Assembly: GCA_951406725.2 (NCBI GenBank)
Contig: OX597817.1
Coordinates: forward strand, 117,820,001 to 117,882,000
From: Octopus vulgaris
Lineage: Eukaryota
Direction of reading: 5' to 3'
Length of the DNA: 62,000 nt
Positions 52,730-62,000 of this stretch are shown in pieces. Under the pieces are notes generated by a model, which saw nothing but the letters and a program-made list of their open reading frames with translations, was not told the origin of the DNA and did no database searches. Position 1 is the first letter of the stretch, and each line of letters begins with the position of its first letter. Both the position numbers and the translations under genes were made by a program.

Positions 52730-53390
52730 ATTATACTGGGAATTTGGCAAAATTAAGATGGAAGTAGAAGAAACACCTAAGACATTATTGTGAAAGAGTT
52801 CTGGAAGAAAACATGGAGTGACGAAACAGTATAAGGTTGAAGTTGACTGAAGGGAACATGAGATAGAGAGACTTCTGAAGTTGAAGAACAGAAGTGGGAG
52901 GAAATAGGATTAGAATAACTAAGATGCGTTTTTAGAAAGTCTCACAAATTGAAAACCCCAGGACCATATCGAATCTCAAACTTTTGGCGAAATTGTTTGG
53001 CACAAGTGCAGGAAAATCTTGTTGTATCTCTCACTGACATCATTGAGGACTCAGAGCAAGTACCTGTCTGGCAGACTTGAGGAATTACATAACCATATAC
53101 TAATGGCATAAAAAACCGAAGAATTACTGAACAATAACATATCTCAATACCACTTACAATATTCACACATCTATAACAATTGAAGGAATGTACGCCTTCC
53201 TTGAATGTACGCCTTCCTGTCCGCAAGATCAAAAAGTTTGTTGAAGAAATTTCTAGGTGAACAAAGACCAATTGCTCATAAATAGATTGATTTTAGGAAA
53301 TTGCCAGAACCAAAGTACTTGAGTTTGGCATGGAAGACTAAAAGAAAGCGTTTGATAATATCCTTCAGACATGGATACGCAAGGCCCTTG
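52730..53390 (+). mobile_element. R4/Dong-type RT domains 0-3 fragment
   Basis: EFWKKTWS, PGPYRISNFWRNCL, SLAWKD.KKAFDNILQTWIRKALD; ends at (TA)n next to the Helitron-like start. Confidence 0.8.
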
Positions 53391-53635
53391 ATACATATAT
53401 ATATATACTAGCAGTATTGCCCGGCTCGTGCGCTCGTGCGTTCTATGCACGCATGAATTAAGCTAAACTTGGATGAAGTTCAATCAAAATTCAGTTATTT
53501 GGGTTTTAAAATCAAGCATTTAATGCCCTCTATTTTTGCGCTCATATGTTCCATTTCCTCAATAGAAAGTACGTAGAAGCTTTTCATAAATTTTTGTCGA
53601 GCATATAATTGCATTGTTGAATTATTCTTTTAGAT

Positions 53636-53900
53636 CAGTGTTTCTCAACGGGGATTTCAGGGAAGAGTTTCAGGGAGTCGCTGGCGATGTATCGTGATGA
53701 TAAAAAGTCCGGCCTGCTAAAATTTGGTTCAAGTGATTCAAACTGCAGACTCAACGCAAAAGACTCACATTTAATTCAAAGCGTCAAAAATGTTATGAAA
53801 GCAATTGCTATGTGTTCACAAAGTCCAAACGATTAATACGAAAAAACCCTTCAGGCTACATCCCGAAAATTCATTTTTTTATCGAATCTCTACAATGTTT
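53636..53900 (+). mobile_element. hAT-like element end
   Basis: CAGTGTTTCTCAAC terminus; extent uncertain. Confidence 0.3.
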
Positions 53901-55218
53901 ACGGCGATTCGTTTTTATATCTTGATTTTTTATTTTTCATGCAATTTACGCATGCTTGCACGCGTGGTGCACGCAAATCACGTCAAACAGCTGACTGAGT
54001 AAAGTTCACTATTCAATGCATGGAATAAGGCCTAAACAAACACATTTTCGAGTTTTGCACTTGCGAGATGAATTTCGGAACAGATATAGCGCAGTTCAAT
54101 TTTCATTCGCCTAAAATTTAAGTGAGCCATTTTTTGTGGTTCTACTATTTGTTGGCTAGGAGGAGATGTGCCGGGAAGTTAAACACACAGACACATAAGT
54201 TGAGTTATATATATATATATATATGATTTCTCGTCATCTCCAAATTCTTATGAGTTAGAATGGCCAATAATATGGTGTGCGAATCCAACAACATCAGCAT
54301 CAAATGAGGCAACTTCCAAGGTGACCCCCCACTCCATTACTTTTCACATAACACTGATGTCAGTCTCAAATGAATTGTAAAACATTGGCTTTCGGTACAA
54401 CATTCTCCGCACGATAAGACACCATGGGCGATCTAAAGTTGTTTGAAAAGAATGACCAAGAGCTATAAGAGACCATGGGAGATCTAACCAAGAGCTAGAT
54501 GGGCTGCTGTACATTCTAAACATATGCACGAAATTACAGAAACTTTGTTAGCTAGTATTATTCGTAGATTTATCTCCAATACAAATCTTTAAGCTTATGA
54601 TGCCGATATGCGTAATGTTTATGTAACATTGACGGATCGACACTATTTCCCTTTGTGAAACTACACAGATTCTTACAGCGTTTCAAACCAAATTTAATTT
54701 CGTCAGAGAACGCACAAGATCAATGACTATCTTTAATGCCGGTGATACTTTGCTAAAAAGAAATATGAGTCATAATTGGGCACTGATCGCCCGTTGAAGT
54801 TCATTATTAATACAGATTTCCTAAAGGGATAGAATGAAAATATATGCAAGAGATGAATCATAATTTTCTACTACGTGGATCAAGGAGTGGAGTCCACACA
54901 AGTACAATGAATTCTTAGTTATATTAACCGGATTAAACAGAATTTACATACTGAGTGGCAGTTCGGAGAAAGCATGCCACTAGGAAACAATCGAAGACAA
55001 CATCTGCATTAATAACCCAAATCAATTCATACCTGAAGAATACTTTGATAAGCTCATATGTTAGATAAATTTACATGATTAGTGAAGAGAGAGAAGAGAG
55101 AGAAGAGAGGGAGAAGGAGATTAAGTAAGAGAGAGCATGTGCTTTGGGTCGTAAGACATATGAATATGAGTATATATACATATATACATATATATACATA
55201 CATACATACATATATAGA

Positions 55219-55254
<36 letters not shown>

Positions 55255-55779
55255 TTAATAAAGGAATGCCGTTCGACGTTAATGAGATAGTTCATTTGAA
55301 AATTAGTTATCATTCTCACGGAAATAGTGTATTGTTATAAGGTCAATATATATAATCAATTGTTCCTTCTTCAGAAGATTAATAATACGTAATCACCCAT
55401 GGGATCAAATCCCTTGTGGGAGATGAACACAAATCATTAAATGAAAGAAATTAATGACTAAGTATATGAACATTACTTTCATAATAAATCAGTCATCTTC
55501 ATCATGTAGCGTGCAGTTATTTAGAACTATTTATCCTTTCAAAAGGCAGTGATTCTGTAGGATAGCGAACAAAATCTGAAGTTATATTTCATTGAGTGTC
55601 TTAAATGTTGAGTTTTAATTCTCCCTAAGCTGAAACATATTTTCCTCTTTTTGAGGTACCAATTGTCTGTATGTACTTAGATACAAATTCTGATGCTCTA
55701 GTGTAAGCAGCAATGTAACTGATAGTCTATACTAACTAACTTAATCTTACATATACCAGAGTCATGCGAAGTAAAGTAT

Positions 55780-55965
55780 TGGTCGCACATTTTGTCTCAG
55801 TGCCAGAAATATCGGGACAGGAGACAGCCGATTACATCGGTTTTTGTACTCATCTGCTATTCTATCGACTCCCAAAGGATGTAAGGCAATATCAACTTCG
55901 GTGGAATTTGAAATCAGAATACAAAGATGTACGAATTGCCGCTTAGAATTACAACGCCTTCGCCT
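55780..55965 (-). mobile_element. SINE family 2 copy
   Basis: Reverse complement has ttcaaattccaccgaagttgatattgccttacatcct.tgggagtcgata. Confidence 0.7.
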
Positions 55966-56439
55966 CAAGCAAAATATTATCAACTAGAATGTTCTTCAGG
56001 AGCGAAAACTACTAGGTCATTTTTCTTGGATTAATTCTCAGCATGATGTACACTGCCTTCCATTTTTCTAGGCCCACAGAAATAAAATACCAATTTGATA
56101 GTAGATTATACATAATCGACTTTTATCTACTATCCAAATTTAGGAATTCGTGTGAAGTTTCAATTTCATTTCACACAAACCCTACTCAGAAACTGCACTC
56201 AACTTTGCAGTGCGTAGGTTCTTACTTTCATTGTCGGTATATTTCGAGTCATCTCCACTGAGGCATCGAGTAGGGTCAGTCTCAGTCCCATATTTGCGAA
56301 ATGACACCTAATAGCTATGTGACATATATTTGACAAACACGAGCTGCCCACCTAACCAGAACCTCTGTAACGAGAACACAGTAAGCAGGATCTACCTCGG
56401 AAAAAAGATAGTAGCTTTGTACACCGGAACACTCAGTGC

Positions 56440-56900
56440 AGTTCGGTATCGGTGTTTTAGATCTGATTTTTTGCTGGTTAGCTCTGGAATCTCTCAGAAG
56501 TTTTTTGTCTTTGCTCCTACTTGTTCAATACTATCATTGATTGGATACGTGGCCAACTGGTGGCATGATCGAGTTGTGGTGCACTCATAATCTAGGATGA
56601 AAGACCTTGGGTTTGATGGTGAGATTTATTCTTGCTAATTCTCTGTATGACTTAAGAGGCGCTTTTCCTTAACTGAGAGAGAGACAGAAAGCGGAGTCGT
56701 TTGACCTTGGAATCTCTCGGAGCAAAACAAAGATGAAGCTCTTTGTTAGCTTCTTTGCGGACTCCACCACAGTTGTTCTTGTGGGTGATAATGTCGAGGT
56801 TGCTAGCCACGTCACTTATCTCGATAGTAAGATTAATAGTGGAATTACCTGCGAATCAGAAGTCTTAAGCAATTTGGTGGAGCTGGTGCAATTGTTGACT
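56440..56900 (+). mobile_element. RTE-type LINE RT fragment (domains 4-7)
   Basis: SG....FAPT.FNTIIDW, DLGFDG (degenerate DLDFADD), SKTK, VEVASHVTYLDSKI. Confidence 0.7.
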
Positions 56901-57329
56901 TAGTGGACAGCTATGTTGACGGCATCTAATCAATCTACAAATATTAATCTATCACTAGATCTATACATACGCTATTTGCTGGATGAGAACTATAGGCGGA
57001 GACAGAATATTTACTCGTTAAGAATATACAAAAGAGATTAGTAATAATATTTGAAATATTTGAAATTGGAAATACTGTGAGCGTTTATGTATTATTAAAA
57101 ATAAGAGATCTGAGTATTTGATAATAATAAATAACCCAACATTACATTTATCGAAAAGCTGCGTTTAAATCCAGCAATGTATGTGTGAACCGTTTATATA
57201 TTAGCAGGGCAGAAGCTCGTGTAAAACAATCTCCGATAAATAGTAATTCTGCGAAACAGAAATGAATATTATGATACAAGGAGTATTGCACTAATTTCGC
57301 TGATACTCATTAAGTTGTGGCCTCGATGA

Positions 57330-57790
57330 TATCAAGTAATCCCTACACTCAAATGTGCTCGTAAAATTGTTTGTGCGCCGGCAAAAATGCAAAGCGGTCT
57401 TTCTTCCGTCTCCTCGCGTCCTAAACGCAAATTCCGCCGAGGATGGCTTTGCTTTGCATTCTCTTGGGGTCGATAGATAACTACCAGTCAAGTATTGGGG
57501 TTGATGAGATCGACCTGCTCTTTCCTCAAAGTTTCAATCTTTGCGCCTATAGTCGAAATGATTAATATTATTTTGAAGACGGTGACCTGGAAGGATCTTC
57601 AGTGCACTGGGGAAAATACATAGCGTTATTTCGTCCGACTTTGTCTTCTGAGTTCAAATTTCATCATGGTGGACTTTGCCTTTTAACCTTTCGTGGTCGA
57701 TAAAACAAATATCAGTCAAGTACTAGTGTGAATATAATCTCCTAGCACAAAATTTCCACCCTATGACTATAATACAAGGGTTTATTTTCC
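57330..57790 (+). mobile_element. Two tandem SINE family 2 copies
   Basis: aaattccgccgagg...ggggtcgata at ~57430-57480 and gttcaaatttcatc.tggtggactttgcc...ggtcgataa at ~57653-57705. Confidence 0.75.
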
Positions 57791-58669
57791 TCTTCCCCCT
57801 CATCATCATCGTCATCGCCATCATCTTCATCACCGCCATCATCATCATCAAGGTTATTATGGAGCCTATTACTTCTCATCACGCCTTAATATCCTAAAAT
57901 CACGCAATATTAATGTAATCCAGTTTTCTTGTGAGCAAGAAGGTAAGCTATGGCTAGAATGCCATTCTGTGTATGTATACTCCATGAAATCCAAGTTGTG
58001 GCTAAATCACATAAAGAAACAAATAACATAAAAGGAAATCTGATAGAATGCATTTATTTAGCATGCACTAGTGTGATGTGTACGTTGGAAGCAGAAATAT
58101 GAATAAGTTTAGTATTGCTTAACGACGCATTTCGTTATTCCACAAATATGCAATTCATAGTTTTTACCAAACAAATGACACCTCACTGTCAAGATTGATA
58201 CTCTAAAATACTATTTAACGTCAAAACAAAGGTAATAATACATACATGAATGAGATCTTCGTACACAGTACAGGTTAAAGAATAAGTAAGACTTTTAAAC
58301 AATTCACATTATGCAAATGATATTGATTTCAAAGTTTGGACCAAAGCAAGTAACTCCAGGGAAACAAGTCGATTACATCGACCCTAATACTCAACTGCTG
58401 CTTCCTTTATCGACCCTGAAAGTTCGACGGGCAAAATTGCTGGCCCTGTGCCAAAATTTGAAACCAATATTAATAAAATGTTTAATATCACTATTGCCGG
58501 GTGCAACATTGTCATCCTCAATGGCATCAGTTTCATTACCACCGTTATTCACAATATTCTGTTTCCATTGTCACTCATATGGGGTAGCGATTACCAGTGT
58601 TTTTATTGTGACACCACGAATAGATGTATCATAAATCAGGACATAGGGAGATTCCACCTGCTTCCTTTC

Positions 58670-58703
58670 ATTATTATTATTATTGTTATTATTATTATTG
58701 TTG

Positions 58704-58762
<59 letters not shown>

Positions 58763-58780
58763 AATAATAATAATAATAAT

Positions 58781-58811
<31 letters not shown>

Positions 58812-58842
58812 ATAATAATAATATTAATAATAATAATAATAT
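58670..58842. repeat. Inverted microsatellite (ATT/GTT)n-(AAT/AAC)n
   Basis: Strand switch exactly at 58759/58760. Confidence 0.9.
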
Positions 58843-59311
58843 CATCACTGATATCACTGGTATTACTCTTTTATTTTATTTTTTACCCCATTTGTCATTG
58901 TTTTATCAACAGACTCAGAGGTTACACAGGTATGCAGGTCAAGGTTGGTACCAATTTCCAGCGCTGTTCACATGGACAACAAGATAGAAAATGACACTAT
59001 TTGATCTGGCCTTCCTCAGCCATGTTCTGTCATGCAGAATGAATTTCCAGGGAGTCCATTGCTGCCTTGTAAACTTCTTCGAGGAATAGGCTCTCGTCAG
59101 GCTTCTATCGCGCTTGTCATTTACTGCCTTTCCTTTGTTTTTGTAATTGTTGTATCTATGTGTAGTAGCAGCAGTATTGGCAGCAACAGCAACAATAGTA
59201 GGGGTGGAGTTAGTGGTAAAAGTGGTAGTTGGGCCTCAGATTCCTGTTATCAGAATAGTAGTAGTTGCAGCATATTATCTTTATTTTTATTTATTATTAT
59301 TATTATTATTG

Positions 59312-59370
<59 letters not shown>

Positions 59371-59375
59371 AACAA

Positions 59376-59416
<41 letters not shown>

Positions 59417-59417
59417 G

Positions 59418-59456
<39 letters not shown>

Positions 59457-60153
59457 TATCTTCTTTCAATTTCGTCTCCGTAGTCTCCTCTGCAACTTAT
59501 GTCGAATCAAAAATCAAAGTCTTAATTTTCATTTGAACCGAGACTCTTGTGTTTTCTCTCTGTAGTACTGTGGTAAAATGTTATAGATAGGTGTGCATCA
59601 TAGCTACTCGACTTATTTGTTTGCTTTCTTCTCATTTCTAAAATCTAGATAGTTAAAGACACACATTGAGTGATCCAATTTAAGTAGTAGTCTTAATAGC
59701 ATCAATTTCACGTAAAATAAAAGACCCAGTACTGAAGGCGGGGTATACACATTGATTTTCTTTTATTCGAAGTTTTTTTAATAATTCGGGGGATGGAGGA
59801 AAAAAGGCATCCATCTTTCTTTAAAAAAAAAACTATGACAAACTAAGCTTCTCTGTACTAATTCACCTACTTTGAATTTGTATGAGATATCAGCGGCAAT
59901 ACAAGAAGAAAAGACATGAAAACTAAATTGCTTTTATTGCTAATAAGGTTATGGTTTTTTCAATAATTTTCTTTTCTTGTTTGTCTCCTGACAAAGGAAG
60001 AATTTTCATTAACCGACACTTTGTTCAGAATATCCTACTTTTTATTAGGTCAAATGAGATAAAACAGCATGTTCATTTAATTTGAACTGTAAAAATTTGC
60101 TACGGTGTTCGACTTGCCAGGAGCACCAAAACAAGCGACTTAACATCAATCAT

Positions 60154-60226
<73 letters not shown>

Positions 60227-60261
60227 TATCAATAGTAATAATAATGATGATGATGATGATG

Positions 60262-60977
<716 letters not shown>

Positions 60978-60984
60978 GTTGATA

Positions 60985-61250
60985 CGCCAGGGTGTGCTAC
61001 ATTTATTGGTAATTATTCTATTTTGGTTTTACGTGAAAACATGTCTCCTCCAATCTCAAGATTCTACCTCAGGATTCTTGTAGAATATAGGAGAGTACTT
61101 TCCTGCAGGTCTGCAACCCGAGTTATAGTTTCAATTTCTTTCAGGATTTTAGGTAGTATTCAAACTCATTTTGTGCTATTATACTGCACTCATTCAAAAG
61201 GTGATCGATACATTTGTTTTCTTTCCAGCAGATTCTGCGTTTGTTGTGCG
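60985..61250 (-). mobile_element. Internally deleted R4/Dong-type 3' fragment
   Basis: Minus strand RICWKENKCIDHLLNECSIIAQNE (CCHC knuckle) joined to DLQESTLLYSTRILR.NLEI (ORF end); abuts ATT repeats. Confidence 0.65.
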
Positions 61251-62000
61251 AGTGACCTCGGTGGGGAATATTCTAATAATTAAGTTACTGAACCCGGCAT
61301 ACTTATAAAAAGAGAGCAGCAGTAAAATACTAAAGGCAGTAAGAGTCCTATGAATCTGTGACATGCACTTTATCTATTCTATATATGAGTACAGGAGCAA
61401 GAACTGCATATAAAAACACACGGTAAAAGTTGAAATAGCTAAATTATGCGAAATGAAGTCGAACGCCAGCTGTAATGTAAATATATTTCAAGTTATGTAA
61501 ACATGATTGCTTTGATAGGGTAGGAGCTTGTAGAAATATCGTTTAAATTCCCTCAAAATATATGGTTTTATTTTCAAAATTAAAAAAAAAAAAAAACGTA
61601 TCCTAGATTTCCAAAAGGAGAGAAAATCAAAGAATGTCTTTAGTCATAGACCAGCTCTATCGTGTATGTTCTGGTGAATGTATTCCTAAACAGCAACATG
61701 TGAAAAAGCAGGTCTGAAAGAAATAGTCTCAAGGTAAAATATATAAATTCGTGGAATATTATTATTCAAGGAAATAATCTATATAAAGAAATTAAAATTT
61801 GTATAACAACGTTTGTGAAAAGAAATGCACCATTATATCTTTATAAAATTATGAACGGGCCAAATAGTACAGTAATATTAGCCGAATTATCAGGATTTGT
61901 AACGAATTTTGAGGAAGATAAAGTAAACATTTTAGCAACTGTCTAAGAATATTGAAATAATTTTGAATTCTTACAAAGAGAGAAACAGGCATAACACTGA

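Noticed and set aside
59070-59110. Minus-strand CTGACGA-GAG...CTC-GAAG
   Set aside because: GAAG instead of GAAA and no stem I; lies in probable LINE-derived sequence.

Overview
AT-rich, microsatellite-dense animal genomic DNA with no host-gene exon, rRNA, bona fide tRNA or CRISPR array that I can support. The tRNA-headed SINE families and the (TA)n/(AAT)n load look like an octopus/coleoid cephalopod genome; that is an inference, not verified. The window is a patchwork of transposon remnants: two ~95%-identical (ORF region) Penelope-like elements (RT + GIY-YIG) in inverted orientation (1603-3541 minus; 16470-19055 plus), further PLE 3' remnants, five R4/Dong-type (RLE) non-LTR fragments next to trinucleotide repeats, mariner/Tc1 relics, RTE and CR1/L2 fragments, many SINEs and a foldback element with a telomere-like centre. 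The most interesting layer is invisible in the ORF track: about ten minimal type-I hammerhead-ribozyme (HHR) motifs from several unrelated repeat families. They include a U3-A8 covariant core conserved in both PLE copies, U4C and A6U core variants, and a perfect 132-bp spacerless palindrome (6442-6573) encoding one hammerhead on each strand. All folds were derived by eye and none has been tested for cleavage. Most short ORFs in the track are microsatellite artefacts.
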